A stretch of DNA of 63,595 bases, filler included, from Octopus bimaculoides (Eukaryota): assembly GCF_001194135.2 (NCBI RefSeq). It is 5 parts of 4 records of this genome, joined end to end, with 100 filler letters (N's around TTAATTAATTAA, not from the genome) between each part and the next. Parts side by side here need not be neighbours in the genome. Positions count along the whole stretch, not along the records: positions 14,255 to 29,499 come from NC_068986.1; positions 29,600 to 31,888 come from NW_026322572.1; positions 31,989 to 62,220 come from NC_068997.1; 2 more parts are not named here. One strand, written 5' to 3'. Below the pieces are notes generated by a model. The model was not told the origin of the DNA. It saw nothing but the letters and a program-made list of their open reading frames with translations, and ran no database searches. This document shows positions 26,697 to 36,692 of this stretch, piece after piece. The position numbers and the translations under genes were made by a program. Numbering within the stretch: the first letter of the stretch is position 1; each line of letters opens with the position of its first letter.

Positions 26697-28526
26697 GGTC
26701 TGAACGTATAACCAACAACGATGAATGAAACCTATACACATTATCAGAACAATCTGGAATAGATAAAACGAATGAAGGATCTCATCTTTCAGAAAGTTAT
26801 CTGATATTGCTTCATATGATATGCATGTTATTATTACATGCTGATAACCATTTCCGATAGACTGGTCTGCGGTCTTTTGGTCTGACGATAAGATATATCT
26901 ATTGATTTTTCTGGTGAGTAATAATTTATCAGTATTTTAGTTCAATAATGAAAGTAATATAATCCAGCACATACATGAATATCTCCCCCAAATCATACTC
27001 TCCTGTCTTAGATAAAGGTTTCACTGAACAATATAGCTCCTGATGTGTGTGTGTGTGTATGTGTATGTATGTATGTGTGTATGTATGTATGTATGTATGT
27101 ATGTATGTATGTATGTATGTATGTATGTGTGCATGTATGTATGTATGTGTGTGTATGTNNNNNNNNNNNNNNNNNNNNNNNNNNNNNNNNNNNNNNNNNN
27201 NNNNNNNNNNNNNNNNNNNNNNNNNNNNNNNNNNNNNNNNNNNNNNNNNNNNNNNNNNNNNNNNNNNNNNNNNNNNNNNNNNNNNNNNNNNNNNNNNNNN
27301 NNNNNNNNNNNNNNNNNNNNNNNNNNNNNNNNNNNNNNNNNNNNNNNNNNNNNNNNNNNNNNNNNNNNNNNNNNNNNNNNNNNNNNNNNNNNNNNNNNNN
27401 NNNNNNNNNNNNNNNNNNNNNNNNNNNNNNNNNNNNNNNNNNNNNNNNNNNNNNNNNNNNNNNNNNNNNNNNNNNNNNNNNNNNNNNNNNNNNNNNNNNN
27501 NNNNNNNNNNNNNNNNNNNNNNNNNNNNNNNNNNNNNNNNNNNNNNNNNNNNNNNNNNNNNNNNNNNNNNNNNNNNNNNNNNNNNNNNNNNNNNNNNNNN
27601 NNNNNNNNNNNNNNNNNNNNNNNNNNNNNNNNNNNNNNNNNNNNNNNNNNNNNNNNNNNNNNNNNNNNNNNNNNNNNNNNNNNNNNNNNNNNNNNNNNNN
27701 NNNNNNNNNNNNNNNNNNNNNNNNNNNNNNNNNNNNNNNNNNNNNNNNNNNNNNNNNNNNNNNNNNNNNNNNNNNNNNNNNNNNNNNNNNNNNNNNNNNN
27801 NNNNNNNNNNNNNNNNNNNNNNNNNNNNNNNNNNNNNNNNNNNNNNNNNNNNNNNNNNNNNNNNNNNNNNNNNNNNNNNNNNNNNNNNNNNNNNNNNNNN
27901 NNNNNNNNNNNNNNNNNNNNNNNNNNNNNNNNNNNNNNNNNNNNNNNNNNNNNNNNNGTGGTTCTCAGAAAATAAAATAAGAAAAAAAGAAACGAAAATT
28001 TAAAAAAAATCAGTTTCTATGACTGTCCATCTTTTTTTTCATATTTTGTTTAGCTTTTGCTAATTTTGAAAGCAAAGGTATTGATTTATAATGGACACTT
28101 TTCTAGTATGAAAACAGTTTACCAGATTAATCAAAACACTTGGATTTCACCAAGTCTATTGTTTACGTTACATTTTTTGATATGTTGTGTTTCGTTTTCA
28201 CTTGAATATATAATTTTGGCAGAGGTAGATGACTGAGTAACAAGAACACTGACTGAATGTCAAACGATTGGGCAAATATTTATTTAACAACCCACACTAG
28301 TGATATAAAATAAAACCAGTTGCTTCATTAGATGGATAATCAGATATGTCAATGGATAATCAGCACAAATGACGCCAAGAAACACAAAAAAGCTTGTAGC
28401 AGATTTGAAATATATATAAAAAAAAATACTTCTTGAGTCTGGAATCTGGAGGAAGGGGTGTTGAGCATGACTTTTGCAGACCCATCGTGATTGGTTAGCT
28501 GGATGTCATTAATATTCCGTTTAAAC

Positions 28527-28680
28527 AAGTGGTTCTCAACCAGGGTCCATATGATCCCTGAGGTTCATAATAGATTTTTGGGGGTCTACGCAAGCAAAAT
28601 AGTAAATTAGGGATCTACAAGTAGTATTTTAGGGGTTCATGAAAAATTTTGATTTAGATGTATTTATAGCAAGAAACAGC
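28527..28680 (+). mobile_element. hAT-like MITE remnant
   Basis: Starts aagtggttctcaacc (CAGTGGTTCTCAA-type hAT TIR); a similar end occurs in reverse near 16315-16330. Confidence 0.45.
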
Positions 28681-28749
28681 TAGGTTTGTTTCTCTAACTT
28701 GTATAAGTTGAACTATGTAAACGTTAATGAGTGAAAAGCAAAATAAAAT

Positions 28750-28837
28750 AATAATAACAACAGCAACAATAATAATAATGATGATGATAATAATAAAAGT
28801 AGTAGTAGGAGTATCAGAAGCAGCAGCAGTAGTAGTA

Positions 28838-28893
<56 letters not shown>

Positions 28894-28905
28894 TATTATT
28901 AATAT
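28750..28905. repeat. (TAA)/(TAG)/(CAG) compound trinucleotide microsatellite
   Basis: Seen directly. Confidence 0.95.
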
Positions 28906-29035
28906 TATTACGGCAAAAAAAACATTATTCAAACCGAAAAATCGTTCTCTATAACTAAAAGACATCACATTTATTTTTGACGACGCGGGCATACTAGTAA
29001 TATTATATGCTGGATGAAGCAAGGATAATACTCAC

Positions 29036-29316
29036 CCCAGGCGACAAACATTCGTTTTAACATGAAATGACTGTGGTATATACTGAACACGGTGACAAGA
29101 AGCTGGTACATATTGAAGGCCTCTACACACATCCAGGTAAGTGTCGTTAACAGAAATAAATGTGAGAGTATGGTGAGAGTGAAACACAGTGCTTCTGCTG
29201 ACTCTTCTGTCTTCATAGAATCTACTTGGCTTGTTACAAGGAACACACTGTTCAGTAGTAACATCGACATACACAAATTCAGCAGGATTTTACCGGAGTG
29301 GTCACCATGAAGACAT
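29036..29316 (-). CDS. Adhesion GPCR internal exon: ICL1-TM2-TM3-start of TM4
   Basis: Acceptor ttcttcttacctag|A, donor TGGG|gtgagt; 281 nt, phase 2 to phase 1. Translation CLHGDHSGKILLNLCMSMLLLNSVFL...ALCFTLTILSHLFLLTTLTWMCVEAFNMYQLLVTVFSIYHSHFMLKRMFVAW(G) matches the adhesion GPCR motifs I..NLC, H.FLL..F.WM..EA..MY and (G)WG. Confidence 0.95.
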
Positions 29317-29499
29317 CTAGGTAAGAAGAACGAAGATAATGATAATGATAATAATGGTGAATTTGATTATGATCATATTTATGGCGAAATCTTGATGTTA
29401 TTAATAATGATATTGACGATAAGGCAGTAATCTGACAGAATCGTTAACACGATGGGCAAAAAGCTTGGCGGTATTTCGTCGGTGTTTACGTTCTGAGTT

Positions 29500-29599
29500 N
29501 NNNNNNNNNNNNNNNNNNNNNNNNNNNNNNNNNNNNNNNNNNNTTAATTAATTAANNNNNNNNNNNNNNNNNNNNNNNNNNNNNNNNNNNNNNNNNNNN
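29500..29599. other. Assembly gap placeholder N44-TTAATTAATTAA-N44
   Basis: Separates the GPCR exon from the laminin-like exons. Confidence 0.9.
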
Positions 29600-29981
29600 T
29601 TATAAAAATAAAACTACTGAACAATAGTAATAATAATAATAATAATAATGATTCAGACACAAGGCTGACACATGAACAAGGCTAGAAATTTTTATGGTGC
29701 AGTGGGAGAATGAGTTGATTAAATCAATCTTTGCACTTGGCTGGTTTTTTATTTTACTCCCCCACAGGGGTTGAAAGACGAAGCTGATGCTGGCTGGAAT
29801 GAAATCTAATGAAATCGATACTTTTTCTTGAAATTTTTAAAAGAAGAAAAAAACTTGTTCAAATGTTATGCTTTAAAACACCTCAACTATGGAATCAAAT
29901 TGAAATCTTTACTGTAATGAGAAGAATGTTTGCAAGAGAATATTGTTAAGAACGACAGCAACATGAGGAAGAACATCTTAC

Positions 29982-30108
29982 CAGTGTAAACACGGTCCTT
30001 GGAATAAATGGTCACCTTGATCGTGGCCTCAGGACGAGTTGGTTGGTAGTAGTGGACAACAATGACTTGTTGACCAGTCCTAACAGTTCCAGAAACATCC
30101 AGAGTTGG
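29982..30108 (-). CDS. Laminin alpha (LAMA3/5, LanA-type) L4a-region exon, third of three
   Basis: Acceptor atctttaacag|CCA, donor ACTG|gtaaga; 127 nt, phase 0 to phase 1. Only one frame is open: PTLDVSGTVRTGQQVIVVHYYQPTRPEATIKVTIYSKDRVYT(G). The VVHYYQP motif resembles the laminin alpha 3/5 segment (human LAMA5 FLLHGYQPAHP, recalled, not aligned). Confidence 0.85.
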
Positions 30109-30299
30109 CTGTTAAAGATATGAATATATATTCTCATGTACATGTATGTATATACAAATATATGTGTGTTTGTGTCTGTGTGTGTGTTTATATATATATA
30201 TTTTTTTTATTTGAGGATTGGGTCTTGAACAAATTGTAGTTTTTACCACTCCGGTTTCAACATTTTTTGTTTTTCAATGCCAAATTGTTGTTGTTGTTG

Positions 30300-30525
30300 G
30301 CACTCCGTTGCTGACGACGTCGAGGGTTCCAGTTGATCCGATTTGAACCCAGATTGTGGAGAGCAGGAAGATATACCTGTAAAGCATCTCTGCAGATCCC
30401 TGCCACTCCCTCTCCTCCCACCTCACAGAGCAATGCGAAATGAAGTGTTTTGTGCAAGGAAAACAATAAGCTGCCCTGTCCAGGATTCGAACTTCTAATC
30501 TAGCAACTGTGAGTGCAACACGCAA
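30300..30525 (-). mobile_element. tRNA-derived SINE (distinct family)
   Basis: Minus-strand head has an agttcgaatcc box B; body ends in an (AAC)n tail. Confidence 0.6.
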
Positions 30526-30634
30526 TTTCTGGGTTCGATTTCTTTGACTAACAACACTTCAAGGTGGTGCTCCAGCATGGCTGCAGTCAAATGGCTGAAA
30601 CAAGTAAAAAAAATAAAAGAATATATATACTAAC

Positions 30635-30779
30635 CATGCTGTCGTTCAGCTTAACCAGTCCGACACTGGTGTCCCAAATACCAAACGGAAGATCTGTGGC
30701 TATTCTGTCCTGGTTCGGTTCACTTTCTGCTTCAATTCTATCGAATCCGGCTGGGTTGGAAAAGTGCGATCCAGCACAC
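30635..30779 (-). CDS. Laminin alpha L4a-region exon, second of three
   Basis: Acceptor cttaacccacag|G, donor ATG|gttagt; 145 nt, phase 2 to phase 0, which bridges the two flanking exons exactly. Translation (V)CAGSHFSNPAGFDRIEAESEPNQDRIATDLPFGIWDTSVGLVKLNDSM. Confidence 0.85.
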
Positions 30780-30937
30780 CTGTGGGTTAAGTGTATACAG
30801 ATTTATATATATATATATNNNNNNNNNNNNNNNNNNNNNNNNNNNNNNNNNNNNNNNNNNNNNNNNNNNNNNNNNNNNNNNNNNNNNNNNNNNNNNNNNN
30901 NNNNNNNNNNNNNNNNCATCGATGAAAATCCAGTCAA

Positions 30938-30973
<36 letters not shown>

Positions 30974-30988
30974 ATAAAGAGATAAAAG

Positions 30989-31150
30989 GATAAAGAGACC
31001 AATGGCAAAGTTAGAAATATATTTTATGGATAAAATCTTACAGCTGTTTCAGGGAAAATCCCAATTTGGGATACATTGGATTTTCCTTGAAACAGCTGTA
31101 AGACTTTATCCATAAAATATAATTCTAACTTTGCCATTGTTCTCTTTATC
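30989..31150. repeat. Long hairpin / foldback element, about 73-bp arms with a 16-nt loop
   Basis: 30989-31061 is the reverse complement of 31078-31150, with 4 mismatches by hand alignment. Confidence 0.9.
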
Positions 31151-31308
31151 CCTTTCTTTCTTTATACATACACACGTTAATACACGACCCATGTTATATT
31201 CCCCACTCATTTTTATACAACGACAGGGGCAAAACTAGTTGGTATACAGCACTTACTCGGTATTACCAGTATCTTTAGGTTTTGGTGGACTCCAATACCC
31301 TTCATAAC

Positions 31309-31381
<73 letters not shown>

Positions 31382-31500
31382 ATACTGTGAAGAAAGACAG
31401 TTAGAATCTGGTGGGGCGGGGGAGGGGGTCAATGCAAGTGAGGTCAGATGTTAAAGGTCAACTAAAAAAAAAGCAAGCAAAAAAAAAACAGGTCACTTAC

Positions 31501-31583
31501 ACTCCATTAACCTTGATGCAGACTATTGTTGGTCTGATGTAACCTTGTTTCCATTCATGGAAAGGAATGGCTGCCACTGATTC
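31501..31583 (-). CDS. Laminin alpha L4a-region exon, first of three
   Basis: Acceptor ttattacag|GAA, donor GGAGT|gtaagt; 83 nt, phase 0 to phase 2. Translation ESVAAIPFHEWKQGYIRPTIVCIKVNG(V) resembles the IP..EW...YI.P...CI motif of LAMA3/5/LanA. Confidence 0.85.
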
Positions 31584-31585
31584 CT

Positions 31586-31587
<2 letters not shown>

Positions 31588-31628
<41 letters not shown>

Positions 31629-31767
31629 CAACAACAACAACAATAATAACAACAATAACAACAATAATAACAACAATAATAATAATAATAACAATAATAA
31701 CAACAACAACAATAATAACAACAACAACAACAATAACAACAACAACAACAATAATAATAACAACAAT

Positions 31768-31820
<53 letters not shown>
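31588..31820. repeat. (AAT)/(AAC) compound microsatellite abutting the laminin exon acceptor
   Basis: Seen directly; produces the poly-L, poly-N and poly-C/Y ORFs in the track. Confidence 0.95.
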
Positions 31821-31888
31821 GAGCACAAGCCTCTGCCGAGGCAACACCAACATCCTCTCAACGATTAGCCGGAGATGATTTTTAAAAT

Positions 31889-31988
31889 NNNNNNNNNNNN
31901 NNNNNNNNNNNNNNNNNNNNNNNNNNNNNNNNTTAATTAATTAANNNNNNNNNNNNNNNNNNNNNNNNNNNNNNNNNNNNNNNNNNNN
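31889..31988. other. Assembly gap placeholder N44-TTAATTAATTAA-N44
   Basis: Upstream boundary of the laminin-bearing contig. Confidence 0.9.
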
Positions 31989-32059
31989 CAGTTCGCCGTC
32001 TTATAGTTATATATAATCATTTCTATTATATTCAAAATGCCTGAAGTTTTTGAGGAAGG

Positions 32060-32200
32060 GGACTAATCGATTATATCGACCCCAGAATTTCACTGGTGCT
32101 TAATTTATCGACCCCGAAAGGATGAAAAGCAAAGTCTATCTCGGTGGAATTTGAACTCAGAACGTTGCGATGGGCGAAATACTGCTAAGCATTTAGAATT
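32060..32200 (+). mobile_element. SINE family B
   Basis: aatcgattatatcgacccc...atcgaccccgaaaggatgaaaagcaaagtc...ggaatttgaactcagaacg. Confidence 0.85.
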
Positions 32201-32223
32201 CAGCTAATCTCCTCAATCTAATT

Positions 32224-32297
32224 GACATAGGCAGCTCCATCGGTAGAGCACAAGTCTCTTAATCTCAAGGCCGTGAATTCGAACCCCACGTTAGGCG
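32224..32297 (+). pseudogene. tRNA-Lys(CTT) pseudogene
   Basis: agctccatcggtagagca-caagt-ct-CTT-aa-tctca-aggccgtgaattcgaaccccacgttaggcg follows the eukaryotic tRNA-Lys(CTT) sequence. The acceptor and anticodon stems no longer pair and box B is mutated (GAATTCGAA). A T-run follows at about 32305. Confidence 0.85.
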
Positions 32298-33074
32298 TAG
32301 TAGTTTTATTAAATGGCTTTATCCCAACGTTTGGGATGGAACACATAAAGGGATAACGGAATGATGAATGCAATGACAACCAGGTTAATTAATTAATTAA
32401 TTAATTAATTAATAATGCACTTCAGAACGCCTTTAGATAATTTGAAATGCAAACAAAGGTATAACGTTTTTTAGTGAACAAAGAATTTTAGCCTCACTAT
32501 GGCAAGTAAACGCGGTTAAACCGCAGATTTTCATTACTCTGTAATCAGAAAAAAACGTAGGATTGATCTGAGCAGTTACACTTTCATCAAATAAGGTATG
32601 CAGAGTGAGGTGGATTATTAATTAATATATTCTCCACGTTGTCAGCGCATGCATTCTTATGCAAATTAGACACCAATTTAACTGTGTCTGTGTTTGTATA
32701 TACAATACTGATGTGTGTGTCATTTACAAATGTGTATGTATGTATGTGTCTGTCATTATGCCTGTGAAAGTGTTTGGGGCGTGAGATGTGCGTATGCATA
32801 AATTAAACGGGATCTACTTCATCAAATAATTCATGCTGCTATATCGATGGTATACATATATGTTGCTGTTATGTAATTAGGTATTCAGCAATAAGGGACA
32901 TACGAATACAACACACTAATACGAACGCATTATTGATATTTAGCGCAACACAACACCGCAGTGAGGTTTTTCAAAAGCAGATCAATGACATACTTCTTAA
33001 ATGCACTGTCACACAACACTGACGTACGACTTCGATAATGACACACTACTATACCATAACACAATATTGAAACA

Positions 33075-33224
33075 CGGGCATGGCTGAGTGGTTAAGAAGA
33101 TCACTTTGCGACCACGTTGTTTTCGGGTTCAGTATCAAGGTTAGCAATTGCCACTATAGCCCCCGAGCCGATTGTTATCTTGTGAAAGAATTTAGTAGAC
33201 GGAAACGATGTAGAAGCCCATCGC

Positions 33225-33276
<52 letters not shown>

Positions 33277-33515
33277 TTGAAATTTACAGAAAAACAAAAG
33301 ACAAAGGCAGGTGTATAAATAACAAACACCTGTGTTGGCAACCGGTGTTGGTTCGTTTACGCCCCTGTAATTTGGACGTTCGGCAAAAGAGCCCGATAAT
33401 GCAAGTCCAAGTCCCAGATTGAAAAACAATACAGATACAGTGTTCGATTTTTTTTCGGCTGAAAGCTTTGAAGGTGGTGCTCCAGCATGGCTGCAGTCCA
33501 GTGACTGAAAGAAGC
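33075..33515 (+). mobile_element. SINE family A, full length with internal (TA)n
   Basis: gggcatggctgagtggttaagaag...tttagtagacggaaac...aaggtggtgctccagcatggctgcagtc. Confidence 0.88.
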
Positions 33516-33539
33516 AACAACAACAAAAAAAACTACACA

Positions 33540-34760
33540 GCATCAGGGCACTGACACTGCTGCAATTCAACAATGCTACTGGACAGCACTGAAACATTCC
33601 TATGCCACATCATTAACACATTATTACTACAATACAACACTACACTGACAGATTACTATAGCACAACGCACTGTCACACAGTACTATAACCCTGTTACAC
33701 TAATATAGTGTAACATTACGTCACTTCTACTTCACGTTATTGATGACACTACTACCATGATACACTAGTGATACACTACTGTGATACAACACACTGATTA
33801 CAATATCACATCATATCAGAAGACTGGTACATTACCACAACATATTACTGCACCGTGACACAACTACATCACAACACTGACCCAAGGTTCTAACAGCAGA
33901 CTGCTACAACACAACATACTGTGATACATTACTGTAAGACATCAGATCACAATATTAGCACATTGCCACACTGACACACAACTGCATTACAACACATCGC
34001 AACACTGTCAGATTCCCACTACACGTTACAACACACTGGCTCACTACTGCGGTACATCACAACACAACGCTAGCACACAGTCACAACACACTGACACTCT
34101 CCGGATGTACAATACATAGCAACGCTAACACATTACCACAATGCGTCACAACACACTGGTACATCACTGCTGTTGCATCACATCACAATACTTGCACATT
34201 ACAACACACCACAACACACTGATGCACTACTGAAGTACAACATCACAACGCTAGCACATTAACGCAGCATCTCACAACACACTGACACTCTAAGGAAGTA
34301 CAATAAATTGTAACGCTAGTACATTTCCACAACGCGTCACAACACACTGAAACACTACAGCAATACAACACATAACCTTAGCATATTACGACAACACAAC
34401 ACAGTACACTGATACACAGCTACAGCAGAACGCATCACAACACTTTGACGTTATTACAACACAACACACTGACACACAACTATAGTACAAGGTCGACTCA
34501 CTACGCTAATAAAACACAGCTACAACACATCCTATTGACACACTACTGCAGAACATCAGATTATATAGCACTAGCACATTTGCTGTACTGCAACACAACA
34601 ATGCTACACAACAATGATTCACAGTACTAATAACACACTACTATAACACAACATTACTGACACATCATTACAACATATCTCCACTGAAACACTATCACAA
34701 CGCAACCAACGCATTCATACAGATACATTACAACAACGTATGGAATCATACTGACACACA
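33540..34760. repeat. Degenerate CA-rich minisatellite, period about 60-65 bp in its core
   Basis: Recurrent unit resembling cacaacacactgacacactactgcagtacaacatcacaacgctagcacattaccacaacgcgt, clearest at 34020-34440. Confidence 0.75.
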
Positions 34761-35752
34761 AACCCAATCATTATATTCACTGAACGTAGTTGGCAGTTAA
34801 ACAATGAATTTGCCCCCTTCAACATAAGTGTTCATTGATATAACCATATCACATATGCCGCTACTGTTTCCACTTAACCTATTAAGTTAACAATTGCAAT
34901 TTGCTTAATGCCTGATAGCGATTGTTCGCTTAGATATAAAATAAATATATGTTATTAAATCATTCGTTCTGAGAGAATACTTAATATGTTCCCAGAGCCA
35001 ACCACTCTTACTTCACACAGAAATTAATATAATCAATCGCAACTTATTTAACAATATTTATACTAATCAACTGTTCGATAGTATCATGGTATATTTCAAG
35101 TAGGAAAGCCGGAAATGCCAATAACAACAACCAAGTAATTTCCGAGTATTCCAAATAACAAAAGTCGTCTATCATAAAATGAGATTGCACTCCACCTATA
35201 AATAGATGAAAGCGCTATCAAAGACCTCATTAAATGAAGTACTTCGTGCATCAATAGCAGTGACAAACAAATTTGAAAATCATTATAGGAGTAATAGTAG
35301 CAATAAGCATTATAAATAGAAAGAAAAACACGATAAAAAATTACATACATATGTGTATATATATATATATATATATACAAATAGATATATATACATATAT
35401 ATATTACGCAAGATAATAGTGATGTCATCAAATTATTTTTATCGACTCACTTGTAGAAACGACCTGGATTTTTATTATTATATGTATTTTTATTTATTTA
35501 TTTATATATTCATTTTTTAACGCAAGTTTCGGTTTCGTATGATTTACAGAGAACTTCCCAAATGATTTTTAAAATATTTTCACGGTTATCGTTGTTATTT
35601 AATCTCACTTCTGCTCTGTCTGTGCACAGGCGAGAAAGCAGTGCACGGGTTTATAATCTAAGGCGCTCCAACCGTGGCTGTCACAACATATTTTTTTAAA
35701 CCGAAATGTGATGCTTTCTGAGAAATTTATTCGTGCCTAATTATTCTTTCAT

Positions 35753-35790
35753 GTCTTCTTCTTCTTCTTCTTCTTCTTCTTCTTCTTCTT

Positions 35791-35821
<31 letters not shown>

Positions 35822-35905
35822 TTCTTCTTCTTCTTCTTCTTCTTCTTCTTCTTCTTCTTCTTCTGCTTCTTCTTCTTCTTCTTCTTCTTCACATCCTCCT
35901 CCTCC
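35753..35905. repeat. (TCT)n microsatellite
   Basis: Seen directly; gives the poly-Ser ORF. Confidence 0.95.
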
Positions 35906-36657
35906 TCGTCTTGTCTATGCTGTTACTGTTTGGCTGTTTTTTGATGAATCTCAGCTCTGACGAAACAGAGCAGAGAAAGCAGAATATACGGCTCTTTAAC
36001 CATGACCATCTCTCCATATTTTCGCATCAACTGTGGTGTTTTATGAGAAATTTCCTCTCGACTAAAACTGTATTCGAGTTTGATTTTATTGTTGTTGTAG
36101 TTGTTGCTATTTTTGTTTTGTTCTGACCGAGCAATGTAGAGCAAAGTAGAGCAGACTTTATAATCTAAGATGCTCTAACCGTGACCATTTCTTAATAATT
36201 TCATGTGATTTCTTTTTTTTTTTTTCGTATTTTAATCGTTCATTTATTTCAGCTACTGGAATGCGGTCATGCTAGAGCACAACGCTGATTGTGTTTTAGC
36301 TGAACAAATCGAGACAAGCGCTTATTGGTGATGTCTGGTACTTAGTTATTGTAACGGTCTCATTTGTTGAACAGCTAAGTTACGACTGCGTAAACAAGCC
36401 TACAGCGGTTATCAAGAAGTTTGGAGTACAAACACAAATGCAAAGAAGCACTCGCACGGACGTGCACATGCACGCGCACGCGCAGGCGCACGCGCACGCG
36501 CACGCGCACGCGCACGCGCACACGCACACAAGCTCACACACAGATACACAACACACACACACATATATATTAATATATGCTGTTGTTCTCTGTAATATTA
36601 TCAGTGCTTTAGGTCTTTCATTGGCAGTTTAGACTCCTGTCTCTAAACAGGTTAGAC

Positions 36658-36692
<35 letters not shown>

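Noticed and set aside
31497-31878. Poly-Leu, poly-Asn and poly-Cys/Tyr ORFs
   Set aside because: Translations of the (AAT/AAC)n microsatellite; only the 83-nt exon 31501-31583 is real.
33540-34760. CRISPR-like repeat/spacer interpretation of the CA-rich array
   Set aside because: No identical repeats with unique spacers, eukaryotic context and no cas genes.
35096-35290. LLLFGILGNYLVVVI, resembling class A GPCR TM1
   Set aside because: A stop follows within 8 codons, there is no donor, and it is the wrong GPCR class for the nearby gene.
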